In this document: in pieces, positions 12,001-24,619 of the stretch | Layout: each line of letters begins with the position of its first letter | Position numbering within the stretch: the first letter of the stretch is position 1 | Source of the DNA: Yuukianura sp. NJ FZ-2021 | Lineage: Eukaryota | NCBI GenBank assembly: GCA_046563655.1 | Contig: CM102289.1 | Coordinates: 8,184,001 to 8,248,000, forward strand | Length of the DNA: 64,000 nucleotides | Direction: 5' to 3' | Program-made: the position numbers and the translations under genes | The notes under the pieces: model-generated | The model's database searches: none | The model's input: only the letters and a program-made list of their open reading frames with translations | What the model was told of the DNA's origin: nothing

Positions 12001-15000
12001 TGAGACCTACTGAATCATGAACCTCGTGCCAAATTTTGACTATTAACTGAGGAGATTCTGGTGAAAATTTTGATGTAACTTGAGCTTCTAGTAAAATTTG
12101 TCATCCACGGTGATACTTATTGCGACATGCGTGAAGCAGGTTTTCCACTTTAGTTTGAAGACGGATGTACTCATATCTAATTTCGTGTTTGTGACATGGC
12201 GTTAATGGCGCTTGTAGTTTTGTACTAAAGTTTTGTAACTGACTTTGTAACGAAATGAGAGGTTCCACTGTAGTTTGATTAATAGAAGTAGAGTGTAACT
12301 TAACCTCGAAAAGCATACCCGCGTCCGGTGAAAGCGAAAAGCTGCGAAATAGTTTCGGTTTTTTCAGAGATGCAACAAGTTGATACAGAAGATGATGAAA
12401 TAGGCGTGTAGGGGTTTGATGTGAAACTGACTTTGTATCGTGTTAATGTTATGTTTTTACCCTTATGTTTAGGTTATGGAATTTCGAGAGAAGAATATGG
12501 ATCTGATGCGTCACGACATTGTAAGCGTTTTGAAGAACAGCTCATTGGCGTTCGTCAGAGAACTAGTCGGAATCGACCCTGTGGCTGTTTTTCGGTGGGC
12601 AATTCTACGTGCATTTTTCAGAGCGTACTTTGCCTTCAATGAGGCTGGCTACAGATACAGAATGGCAAGAGGTAAAGAATGGAACCTATTTTAACTATGC
12701 TAATTGTAATTTTTCGTTTTACAGTTTTGTAAGAAAGAAGTGTTTTTTGAAGCATAATTGATGTGACGTTTCATTTGATGGTTTCGATTTTTATGAAATT
12801 CCTTTGTAGCTAAAAGCATGAACCGTGCTTTCTCGAGTCCTGGCCGCCGGCGCTCTTCGAATAATGAGCATCTTCTCAAGTAAGTTTTTTTCCCTCATTT
12901 TTAAACGTGTTCTGAACGTCCTTGTACTACACAAATTCTTTTCTGGTTGCTTTCGGGTTTTCAAGGAGAAAAAAAAACTTGGTTGTATATAAACTGGGAT
13001 TCTTTGGGATAAAAATTTGTGTCGGATTCTGGAAGGCGGGTTTGTTAAAAAGTCAAAAATGATACTGATGAAAGATGAAAGATGATTTTTCGTAAAAAAT
13101 GAAAGTCTGTAATATGTAACGATGTTAATTTTGAAGAGATTTTAAAATGGTGAGAGACGAGAGCAAACGCAGATGAAATTTATTAAAATAAAATTTTGGT
13201 TCTATTTCTGACTTTCTTTTCTCTCTGACTCTGCGTATTCTAGCCTGCTTGCAACAATTTCTTCCGTAAATTTACGTGTAAATCGGATTGTGTAAGTAAC
13301 TTCATCTTCTGCGTTTGTGTGAAAAAAAAAAGTTTTTCTGGAAAGAAAATTTAAGTTTTGAGATTGTTGGTACTATACGCTTGACTTTAATTTTCTTTGT
13401 GTTTTTAAAAGCTTCACCTTTGACCCCTTCTAATGCTTCCGTTTTTAAGAGTTTTTCGTTGCGGATTTTTTTTTGTTTATAAATTGTCTTTTTTTTTTGT
13501 TCGTGTGTGCTTTTGTTTCAGTGATTTGAGCAATTTGGAGGAAGTGAACAAATTGAACCAGACTGAACTGCTGGAAAGTTACAACTATGGGAAGTACAAG
13601 CCATTACGACGTATCAACCACCTCGGAACAACATACACGTACTACAATAATCAGAGAACGAGAGACAGAATCCAATCGTTTGTCAACAATGGTTCACCTA
13701 CAAAGTCACATGATCTCAAAAATGGGCTGGCCCATACTGCCTATTCAAATAGTAACGGTCACCTTGTCAACGGAGACAGCAACGGAGTGTACCAAAATGG
13801 AAATGGTCACTTGAATGGACATGGAGAAGACTCGGCTGAACATCATAACCATCAGAGTTTGTCCAAAGCCAAAGAATGTCCCTGTTGCTATCCTTCACCA
13901 CCGTCTGAGTTCAGTTACTTGTATGTTTTTCTTGATTTATTTTTAGTTTTGTTGAGGTGACCTATGACCTTTAAGGTCTCTGACGCGCGTCAAATGTCAA
14001 ATGCTTCAGCTCCCCTTTGTGACTTTGTGTTTATTTTGAATCTATTCCCAGCATCCCAGCGTCCCCTGAAGCAACAACATTCCCCTGCCGTTAGTGGTGA
14101 AAATCCGCCGAGGGATGTGGGGAAAGTTGCTTTCTCTGGAAACTCATTTCCTTACGATCCAGAAGAAAGTCATTCTGGAACCATGTCCCCTACTGGTACC
14201 GTACAGTGGAACCTCTCTTTTCGCAACTTAGCTCCGCCTTTTCTCACGGCGGGATACCGTAAAACCTAAATGTTTTGGAACGATATCACTTGTCAACAAA
14301 AGGGTTTAGGTGTTAGTTGACGGTAATGATGCGCTAGCCTTCAAAACTAATATCAAAGCTAACCAATCAGAACATGTTGCCCAATGAGAGGCTCGACTGT
14401 AGTTGGTGTACACAGGAGGACACAAAATTAGTCCTAGCGGGCTTTCTTTCTGAGTCGTTTTTTTAGCCTACGATTTTTCCCCTGGAAATGGAAAATGGAA
14501 AAGCAAAGATTTGAAACGATTCGAGGAATCGTGAGCGAACGGCAGGAAACCAAGCATAATGGAAATGAGTTTGAGAAGCGACCTTAAAGGTTTCCAAAAT
14601 AGAACGTTTATAGTTGAAAGCACAATAGGGAACAATAGGAAACATATGGAGAAAGTTGGTACGAAGGAGGAGGGAAATTTTAAAAGGTCAAAGTTACTGC
14701 TGAGACTCCCCTGCCTCCTGCCATTGTGCTTGTCATTACTTTGGATCTGGATCTGCCAGCGCGCGAATTTTCCAAGTGACAAGTTCTCATTTTGTCATCC
14801 AAATTGGAAGTTGACGTCACTCACATGTTACACGGTTAGATGTCCATAAATAGCACCGGAACTTATAGAAAGCAGTGACTTATAAAAGTTATAACGTAGG
14901 AAATGAAAGTTTTTTGGCCACGAGGCAGTTGACAGTGTATAGACAATGACAAATCAGCAGTTTTAGGTTCCTGGAGAAAGTTGGGTTACAAATGAGGCGC

Positions 15001-18000
15001 TTTTTCCGCACAACTACTAATTGGGGATATAAATGAGAAAAGCTTATGGCATCGCTGCTGAAATTCCACGTAGGCGCTAGGATTTTTTTGAAGTTAGTCG
15101 TATGTTTTAAACAACTTTTAATTAGAAAGCGTTTTTTTTTTGTGTTATTCAATTAAGTTTCTATGTTCTCACTTTCAATTTCCTGAAAATCCAAAAAACG
15201 TAACTGCGTACGTGTTGCTCGCCCTTAGGACGATGGAAGTGATTTTTTTTTCTCGAGCCTTTACTAATCCCGAAGGATTAGAAAAGCGTTTTCATTTTAG
15301 CAACGTGCTAAAGGTTTATGCAAGAAAAAGGCAATTTCAAAACAGATTTCGAGAAATTGTAGCCTGAGTCTCCCGTCACCGCTAAGAATTTCAGAATTTC
15401 CTTTAGTATGGTTTTAATCCCGGTTTTTTCATGATTCTGGTTGTTGTTGTTTTTTACCCACGTTGACGATTTACTGGAAAATGCATCAGTTTTTTTTTTA
15501 ATTTTGAAGAAAAGTATTACTATTGGTTTGTTTCCTGGCACTTTTTACTGCTTCCTTGAATTTGGTAGTTAAAAGTTTGTAAAAACAATGGGAGTGATTT
15601 TGATTATGTTTTCGCTACTTTTGTACATCTGTTTACAACATCCGTGACCCCAAACCTATGTTTACTTTTTTTTATATTCTTGAGCTGCTGGAATTGATTT
15701 TTTTCTTTGAATTGCTGATTTGTAAAGTCGTATTTTATTGCTTAAAGGCAATTGTTAATATATTTTTTATTTGTTTCAGGAAAAATCGGTCGTTTCGTTC
15801 TCAACCTCTGGTGACGCGTGGAATGAAGAATCTGCAAAGTGTAAAGACTCTTGCGAGTCATGCCGTGTCAATGGGAATCTCAAATAAGCAATACAATCCA
15901 AGGAAGCAACCGATCTCTGTGTCGGCTCAGTTCCAACAGTCACTCCACTCACTCATGATTACACTGAATCAAGCAAATCCTTTTTTTATCAGATGCATCA
16001 AATCAAATTCAGACAAGGTGAGATCAAATTACATGAAAAATGCTATTTAAAAATTGGAGGATGGATGGATATTTTGAAAATCAATAAGATCGGCAAGAGT
16101 CAGACACAAGCAAAAATGCTGCCACAAGAGCTGCCAGCATATGATAAAGGTTAGGTTATCGGCCAATGCTGACAAATTCCAACATGAACTGGATTTTTAC
16201 CGGCACGGATATTGAATGTAAATTTGGACGCGTAACGTTCGGTAAACAGAGATGCTGCGATAAGTTGGGAAATACCTCCGCAGTTTAAAATTTTGAAACA
16301 GGAAAATAAACAGCGGAAACTGATAAAGATTTTAGGGTTATTCCTCACTTTCGTTTTTTGAAATTGATGTGGGGCACGCACCGCCGACTCATCGTGTGCC
16401 ATTGTTTCGACTGAATTGTTTTTAGCTTTCATTCTATTTTTTGTATTCGTACCATAGAGATGTTAACATTTCCTGTCTGGAATTTTATATGTATCCGTTT
16501 GTAATAGCAAAGTGAATGTTTGACAAGAATCGATTTTTACGTTGAGTAAATTTTATTGTTCTTGTCTATTTCAGTCTGCGAACAACTTTGATGATGAAAT
16601 CGTTCAGCGTCAGTTGAGATACACCGGGATGCTGGAGACTGTGAGAATACGTCAAGCTGGCTATAATGTTCGGCTTGCATTTGATGAATTTAGGTAAGTT
16701 TTAAACAGCTTTCGGTTATTTTAAGCAAGTTTTTAGCGAAACACTAACATTTTTTTTGTTCGTCATCCAGGAACATTTATCGCATCCTACTTCCAAAAGG
16801 ACTTGATAGGTATACACAACTTTGGAAAATTTGAACCTTGTCAAAAGTGGGCTAATGACTAAATTGGTCTAATTTCTTACTTTACTCTTTCTTTTTCTTT
16901 TTTCAGTGATAGAAATGACATTGGAGACTTCTTATTGTCACTCACACTCAACAGAGCCAACTACCAACTAGGGAAGACAAAAATATTTTTGCGAGAAGTG
17001 GAGAAAGTCAAATTGGACTACTTTCTACATCAGCAAATCATGGCTAGCATTGTAGCGATTCAGCGTTGGTATAGAACTTCTCTGGAGAGAAGACACTTTC
17101 TCCACGTTCGAGAAGCCATCATCCGAATACAGGTGAGTTCCGAGTTTTCTTTTGGGAATAAATGTCATGGTCATATGGTTTGGTTTTCCGGTAAGTGCCT
17201 TTCTCTCCTGAGGAAGCTCAGAAGTTGTAAATTCGATTTTGAGGAGCACTTAACTTATCCATTCGTTTCTGTTGAAAGCTTTGATTTCTGTGTGCAAAAT
17301 GTTGGTCTCTCGGAGGAGAGAACTGTTCCATTTTCTGAGCAATTTTTGTAAAGTGGCTTTTTATCTTTGTTAAATTGTAGTCCTATATCCGAATGTTCAT
17401 TGCACAGAAGCTTACTGCCAATTTACGGATTTGCCATTTGGCGGCAACACACATCCAGAAAATTTGGAGAGGTTACAGAGTCCGCAAGTGGTATGAAGAC
17501 CTCCGAAGCAGTTGCATCCAGTTTCAAGCGCACTGTCGCAGGTTGGTGTAAATGACGACATTTTTTGGACTTTCTCCGAGTGAAATCGAAAATGAGTATT
17601 TCAACAAGCATTTTTTTTTGTTTTCAGTCGGATCGTCAGACAGAAGTACCAGCACGTTTTGGAACAACAGCGAAAGCTGTCTAAGCAGAAGGAGGTAAGT
17701 GATTTTATACAAATCGGAGTTACACTATGATCGGTTGTATTTCGAATGCCAAATGTAATGACTTTTTTTGGCCTTTTTTTAGAAACTTCGGATACGGATG
17801 CAAGGAGATGGAGATAGCCAATCAGCACAGTCAACTGATGAAGCATTTCTTTCGAAGGGGTCAAGTCAAGAGGAGTTGGATGAACAGCACAGAATGGTCG
17901 TGTCTGCTGATCTTGGAGATTCTGAAGGGTAAATAACAACTTTTTACTTTGCATTTTTTACGAAACAGAGTGATTTTAGGGAGTTGGATTTGCTTCCATT

Positions 18001-21000
18001 TTTTCTAGAAGCAGTGGTGTCCACGAGGATAGTGACACTGAATTTATCATGGTTGCTCCAGCGATCCCACCTCGAAAGCATGTCGGCCAGCCTCCTCCTC
18101 CTGCTACTTCTGGACAGATACCGTCACTCTCCGATTCCATGCCAGCCTTAACGCTAGCTCTCACCTCAACTCCGTTTTCGCTTGGTCGTCATTACCATTC
18201 CCTGTCTTCGTCGTCTCAGTCGACTCAACCACAACCGTCAAGTACTGCTGTCAGTGCAAGCGGGAGTGGAGGGTCACCAGGTCCTAACGAAAGGTGGGTT
18301 GGAAGAATCATCATCGTATAACCTTTATGGCAGTCTATAATTAGAAAATATCGATCGGACTTTTATTGACTATTTTTATTTGAAGGGATGCTAGTCACAA
18401 ATGGGGTTTGAACAAGAAGAAACTTTCACTCAAATTGCGAAAAGGTGAAAAGGAGGACGGCGGCAGCACTGGAAGTAAACGAGAGGATGAAGATAATGAA
18501 AATGTAGAACGGGACGAGAATGGACATGCAAATAAGAATCCGTTCCATCGTGCCAAAAAACACATCAAAACGTTGATCAGTAAGAGATGGAATTTTAGAC
18601 ATTTGCTGCACAATAAAATACTTTTGAATTGGTATGATAATTTTCTGTGTTTGAATTCTTAGCCGGGAGTAAGCAGAAGCAAGACAAACACGAGGCGATG
18701 CTCCTAGAAAGCGATGACAGTGACGCTGATGATGCTGATACGCTTACAATGAATTCAAATAGTAACTCATCTTCTACTCCATCAACCCTGACATTGGACC
18801 AGAATGAACCAGGACAACAGAATCATAGTAATCAACTTCCTCACAATAGTCGTCTCTCATTGGATTCCAAACTAAAATCACAGTCAATGGACTATCATAC
18901 GAAGGACTTCCGGCACACGAGATCCCTAAATTATCCACTTACGGGTTCATCTGCTTCCATACCAGAACACGACTACAATCCAGATGAATCTAGTCAACTT
19001 CATCAGCAAAGGTTTCATAGAAAAATTACCAGAGGGGATGACTACTCCTCTGGGAACACGCCCAGGACAAGGCATGACAGGAGAGATGAACGACGGAAAC
19101 TCATCGCAGAACGCAGTATGGACTCTCGTCATACTTTTGGGAGTTCAGGTCGGCAAGAGTCTTTGGATCGAAGGCGCAGTGAGGAGTTGATGATGTCAGA
19201 TTCTGACTACCGCCGTGGAAGTCGAGATAGCAATCAAAGTGCTGCTGGCAGTCCATCACATTCCAGTCAAGACAGTCTTTTTGACAAAGGATCCCAAAAT
19301 GTACTCAGCCAGAGCTTGTCGTATGGGTTCAGGTATGGAAAATTAATCATTAACTAGCATATAGTTATGAAAAACGTTAGTTGCAAAGTTGTTTTTTCTG
19401 ACAGTGCAAGTACCGCCACCGCAGTATTGGGAAAAACTTCGCACCGGAAAGTTCATATTCGAGAAGAAGCAACTCAACCAAAAGCGTCTAGTACACCGGA
19501 AATGATTACCGGGCGCGACGTTCGACGTACAAGATCCGTTTCAGAATCTCGTCCTGATGGACACAAGAAAGAGTATCCAGCTAATGCTGCACTAGGATCT
19601 ACCGAATTATCTTCGGAGGACATGTCATCAAGTAGTAGCATTGCTAAAAAATTTCAGAACATTCAGAATGGGCACTCACTCGAAAAGTTGACAAAATACC
19701 ACAAGGGAGAAACGTGTGTCATTTGCAGGAAGAATTTGCACGTACTCTTTGCCCCGGGTTGTCGCTGTGAGAAATGTCGCATGTTGTTTCATACAAAGTG
19801 CCTCAGTAGTGGGATCCAAGGAAGACCATGTCTTCTGCCAAGTGAAACTGCTGCTGGAGAAGGCAATGCTGATAGTAGAGGAGTGTTGCAGGGATCAGAC
19901 TCTCCTCCTTCAATGAAATCTCAAGGTGGATCGGGTAGAAAGAAGTACCGGAAACCAAGTAAAAGTACTTCTGATATTACCAAGTCTGGGAACTTTAATT
20001 TGACTGGAACTTCTGAGTTTACTGATCGCACGGATCAAATCATTTCGGGTGTGAAGGAACTTCAATTGATGCAAGAATTTATTTCCAAAAAGGTACAACG
20101 TTTATAAAATTCTGAAATGATCTTTGGCGGATGCTTTTTTACTAATTCTGTTTTTCATTTTTAGATTTTTCAAGTTCGTCACAAAGAAGGAGAGAGAGTG
20201 TCCACCGTTGACCGAGTTTTTCATCAGGCTCTATGTGAATTCAAGGAGTCCTTGGTATCTATCTTCAGCGTTTCGATCAAGCAAGGTGGTGGAATGCCAC
20301 TCAACATCAAGTACAAGGATCTCATTGGAAATTTTGCAAATATTATGGAAACGGTTTGTAAACATGAAGGAACCGCGAATGATTTTCCTACGACCATGGG
20401 CGTGAATGCCTTCAGAGGATTTTTGAATGAATTCATGAATGCCAACCGCGTAGAAGAGAAACCAAAACCCGTGAAATTACGGAAGGAAAGAGGGAAACAG
20501 AAAGGAAGCAAGCGGCAGAAAGTGGATCAGGAAGTGATTCACATGGGGCATCAATTTGTGACTATGGTCATCAACATACCGACAGCATGCGAGGTGTGTT
20601 CTTCCTTCATTATGTGGCCGATTGAAAGAGGCGTTGTATGTCAAAGTAAGTACCTCAAACATAAACTATAATTTAGTTTAGTTCAACTATAATTTAGTAC
20701 GAATGAAACTTACATTACAACCGTAACTTTGTTTGAATCCCTTTCAGAATGCAAACTTGCATGTCACAAAAAGTGTCATCTCAAGATTTTTTCGGAGTGT
20801 CACGACTCTCATGGCAGAACTGGTAGCAGTGGGTCAGAGTCTGGAATCTTTGGTGCTTCCCTCAGATCCCTCGTCAACGAGGATGTAGCCATTCCGGTTG
20901 TGGTAGAGCAACTGGTCACTGCTATTGAGTTTTATGGTTTGAGACAAGAAGGCCTTTATCGGAAGTCGGGTAAGCTAAGCACATTTTCCTGCACTTACTA

Positions 21001-22566
21001 AGATATCATATTTGTAGTTCTAATGAATTTATATCGACGTAGGTGTGAGTTCGAGAGTGCGAGAACTGAAACAGGACCTTGAAGATGGGAAGGACATCGA
21101 CTGGAATGCCTATCCTGTTCATGTGTTGACTTCTGTACTCAAATCGTTTTTTCGAGAACTTCCCGAACCACTCCTCACTTATGAACTGTATGATGAATTT
21201 CTCCGGGCTGCAGATCTCTCTCAACCCGAAGACAGAATTCATACGACTTTTACAATTCTCAAAAAGTTACCCAAACAAAATTATGATCTCATGGAAAGGC
21301 TGGTTTTCCATCTCGTCAGGTTCGTTCATCATTTTTGATTATAATAAGCTGAACCCACATAACGTGATGCATAATGCATTGTTACACAGGGTTTGTCTGT
21401 ACGAGGAGAAGAATAGGATGAATGCTAATTCGCTGGCCATAGTTTTCGCCCCATGCATCCTGGTAAGCTTTACTTTGAAAAAATCATAACTTAACACTTC
21501 GCACAATTTACAAACGGCTTTATTTTCGTTGTTTCAGCGTACAAACAAAACGCGACAAGTTCAAGATTCCTTGAACGATATAAGTCGTCAGACGCTTTGC
21601 ATTGAAACTGTGGTTTCAGAACAATTGAAGAAGGTTAAGGAAACTTTATCCAGCATCGAGTCGGTGGACTCTGCTAGACATTCCTTCTCTGTTCGTCTCA
21701 ACTCTATTAGAAGTTCAAAGGTAAAAACAATCGAATTGTAATTTGTAACAGAGATGGTAATTGACTTTTGTTGGAAATCTAGATGAAATCTCCACCAGAG
21801 CGGAAAAAGATGTCTTCCGGAAGCACCGGATCGCTTAGTGAGGGAAGCAATGAGAAGTCGATGAACGAGTCCACGACACCAGAATCAATGAGTGCAGAAG
21901 AGGAAGAAGAGTACCTTACGAGACACTTGAAACACTTACAAGATGTAATATCAATTGATATCTTCGCTAGGAATTTTGGTTTTAATATATTGCTTTTTGT
22001 GATTTCAGGAAAAGGCAATGCTGACTTCAGTTCTGCCATCACTTTCAAGGACACCTTCGGATGATGAGATGCTTTCCACCGATCCAGAAATTGATAGTCC
22101 TGGAGGCAGTGTGGATGACTTGAATCTACACAGAGAAGGACGGACTCCATCCCCAAGACAAAATCGAGCTCAGTCGCTACAATACTCAAAGTCTGACTCA
22201 CTCGTCGTCGATGCTTTCAATAGCAGTAGTCGACACAGACTTTCACCGACGCTTAGATTACCAGGTAATAACGTTTAAACAAGAATTAGCAAAAGTTTTT
22301 GAAAGTGTACATTTCTTTAGTTTCATACAGTGGTGTCTTTACTTGCATGCACAGCAACTTCGCCACTTCTCCAATTAATCAAGAACAAAGGGCCGGTGAG
22401 AAAGCCACCGTCGAGGTTTGCTCGAAATTTGGCCGTGGTTGACTTTGGAGAGGGTGAAAACGAGGAAGAGGAGGAGCACAGGGTAGATGAAGACGGAGAT
22501 GATGAAGATGATAGCGTTCATTCAGTAGAACAGCCCAGTGCTGCAGATGATGCGATAATCGTCTAG
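4..22566 (+). CDS. MYO9: Unconventional myosin class IX (motor, IQ motifs, two C1 domains, RhoGAP); multi-exon, 5' end lies upstream of the window
   Basis: Spliced exons give switch [19 protein letters not shown] (4-98), [18 protein letters not shown] (845-1006), switch [41 protein letters not shown], a long loop-2 insert starting [27 protein letters not shown] motifs (IQRWYR), C1 domains (~19670-19820 and ~20550-20800) and Rho[37 protein letters not shown]. Last exon stops at 22566. Confidence 0.96.
1554..1827. mobile_element. Degenerate Tc1/mariner-like MITE (274 bp) in a myosin IX intron
   Basis: Left end TA|cagtgttgtctacactaaatag..agacac; right end gtgtctactttttaggtgaactacactg|TA (reverse complement cagtgtagttcacctaaaaagtagacac). 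TA on both sides; internal repeated cccccatatt motifs. Confidence 0.55.
8584..8787. mobile_element. Tc1/mariner (pogo/Tigger-like) MITE, 204 bp, TA TSD
   Basis: TA|cagtagaacctctcgtttcgcaaca ... tgttgcgcaatgagaggttttactg|TA: 25-bp TIR with 3 mismatches. A second copy of the family lies at 14204-14399. Confidence 0.85.
9099..10028. mobile_element. Non-autonomous hAT-superfamily DNA transposon, 930 bp
   Basis: Perfect 18-bp TIR cagggttggcaaaatgac / gtcattttgccaaccctg; perfect 8-bp TSD ctgctggt (9091-9098 and 10029-10036); subterminal arrays of aaaacgtc-like motifs, inverted between the two ends; no transposase ORF. Confidence 0.93.
12251..12270. mobile_element. Right TIR remnant of the 8584/14204 MITE family
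   Basis: cgaaatgagaggttccactg|TA matches the family right TIR; no clean left TIR found. Confidence 0.5.
14204..14399. mobile_element. Tc1/mariner (pogo/Tigger-like) MITE, 196 bp, TA TSD; same family as 8584-8787
   Basis: TA|cagtggaacctctcttttcgcaac..tagctccgcct (shared with the 8584 copy) ... catgttgcccaatgagaggctcgactg|TA. Confidence 0.8.
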
Positions 22567-23797
22567 CAAGTTGGCAAGTATTATGCAAATACTTGCCAAC
22601 CTGGATGCTTGGAAGTTGGGCACAAGCATAACCGTGTGTCTCAAGGGTAGAGTTGAACAAAGTACTACTGCGCAACGCTTGTTTTCCAGTTGTGTAGAGA
22701 GATTTACCCGAATTAGGGTTTTTGTTTTTAGTGTAGATCAAATTATAACTTACTTGACATAAGGTGTCTTTCCTTTGTTAATTTTTTTATTTTTTGAAAC
22801 TCTTTGTGAGTTTTTTTTTGTCGTCGTAAAATCTATTTTACGAGTAATCTATCGATTGTTAAATTATTATAACTTGACTTGTTCAAGTTTGTTCAATGTG
22901 ATTCATATTGTTAATTGTTAGTCATAAAGTTAAGGTGAGGTGACGCCCGGAATCCTATAGCAAGAATTTAAATTGTTCACAGGTATTATTACTACTCAAA
23001 GATTATTATTGTCACGTCTCCATTTACCTTGTGAAGAAAATTGCAATTTAGCAATTGATTCATGATTGTAATTTAGTCGTCACAAAACCAAGTCGTTAAA
23101 TTGTACACCGAGTTTAGAACCGATTGTATTAACTGATCCCACAGAACTAAAGATTGACCGGAAAGAATTACATATTATTATTACTTATATTATTATTATT
23201 AACTATCTTTGACCTCTTGAGGATGCGCGAGAGACCCGATGTTAGAGAATTGTCTTTGTCTAAAAATTGAAAGTTTTAGGATATGGTGCCAAAGAAATTC
23301 TAAGAAAACAAAGACCGCATATCTTGTGATGAAGCGTGATTTTTAAAACTAGATTTTAGCGTCTGCGTTGTACCTCTGTAAGGATGGAACCAACATTATG
23401 AATCCTTATATTACAACTTATTCGTTGTTTTGTGAAGAATTTCCTGAAGAAATTAGAACTGAGCAAAGAGCTAAGAAAATGTGCCCTTAAATGTCAATTT
23501 AACTTCTGTGTCTGTCCATCCAATGAGCCCTTCCGCCTTTCTATTCAATGTATTAAATTTTAAATAATTATAGAAACGTGGAGTCTCTCAAAGTTTTGTT
23601 GAAGTTTGTAAAAAGTTTAAAGATTTACTTTTTATTGGATACTTATATTTGCAATGTAGAATCAAGAACCAACGGTTCTTGACTTTTGTCGTAACTGCTG
23701 ACCTCATAATCTCATTTCTTAAACTTTTCTTTCATATTTAGGGTAAGTGTTTGTAAAATCTCTAGAAAAAGTATTGTTTACAAATTAATTTTTAATT

Positions 23798-24619
23798 TCA
23801 ATTGTTTTTGATGTAGTACACCACAAAAAGGATGGAAGCCCAGAGAGAGAATTCAGTCTTCAGTTGTGAAGCTCCACCTCGTTTGACCTTGACGCAATCG
23901 TCGCTCTTCGGATCATGCAAATACCCGTCCCGGCATACGCATTGCCCAATGTTCGAATCATAATCTTCAGTAGTCCGAACAGTTTTGGGCTTACATTCAG
24001 CATTCTGAACGCAAGCACTCATCTCCTTCCGATACACGAAGAGAGTATCGGTCTTGGTGATTGTGGTGGATCCATTGACGACTTCTGTCCGAGTCTGTGA
24101 CATTTGCTTGGTCAGGTCTGGGTCAATGGCACATTTCGTTCCAATTCGACTGTAACAGGCCTTGATGGACACCGTTTTTGTTTTCTTCTTTCCCGAGGAG
24201 GAAGAACTGCTGTATCCATGGGAAGGTTGCGAAATATGGTCAACGGCCTTGTTTAGTTGGTAGGTGGCGACACCAGCGACGGCTCCAGCAGCCACTGCTT
24301 TCCCTACAGAAACTTTTCCTTTCTTTGGCGAGCGTCTTGAGCGGCTTCGTTCGGAAACTTGGAATTCCTTAGATCCGTAAATCTGGTTAGCAGGATCCTT
24401 ACACCCGCAGATTTTGCTTACGGGGGTGCACATGAGGAACTGGTCAGCATTGCAAGTATCGGGCAATATCTCGGTTCGGTTTTCTGTAGCAGTAGCTATG
24501 GTTACATTTCTAGATTCTTCGCACCGATCTTGGAAGGATGCTCCACCAATGGCTGCAGTACATTGAAGGTAAATGACCAGTAAAAGACAACAGGTTCCGA
24601 TGGCAAAGTTCTTGGCCAT
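23798..24619 (-). CDS. Uncharacterised 273-aa secreted Cys-rich protein with probable GPI-anchor signal; single coding exon
   Basis: Intact ORF with an N-terminal signal-peptide-like segment (MAKNFAIGTCCLLLVIYLQCTAA), Cys modules (CNADQFLMC..CGC; CYSRIGTKC; CVQNAEC..CVCRDGY..C) and a C-terminal GGAS + spacer + hydrophobic tail with almost no cytoplasmic part. Probable 5' UTR intron at about 24634-24683. Confidence 0.8.
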   Translation of the reverse strand: MAKNFAIGTCCLLLVIYLQCTAAIGGASFQDRCEESRNVTIATATENRTEILPDTCNADQFLMCTPVSKICGCKDPANQIYGSKEFQVSERSRSRRSPKKGKVSVGKAVAAGAVAGVATYQLNKAVDHISQPSHGYSSSSSSGKKKTKTVSIKACYSRIGTKCAIDPDLTKQMSQTRTEVVNGSTTITKTDTLFVYRKEMSACVQNAECKPKTVRTTEDYDSNIGQCVCRDGYLHDPKSDDCVKVKRGGASQLKTEFSLWASILFVVYYIKNN

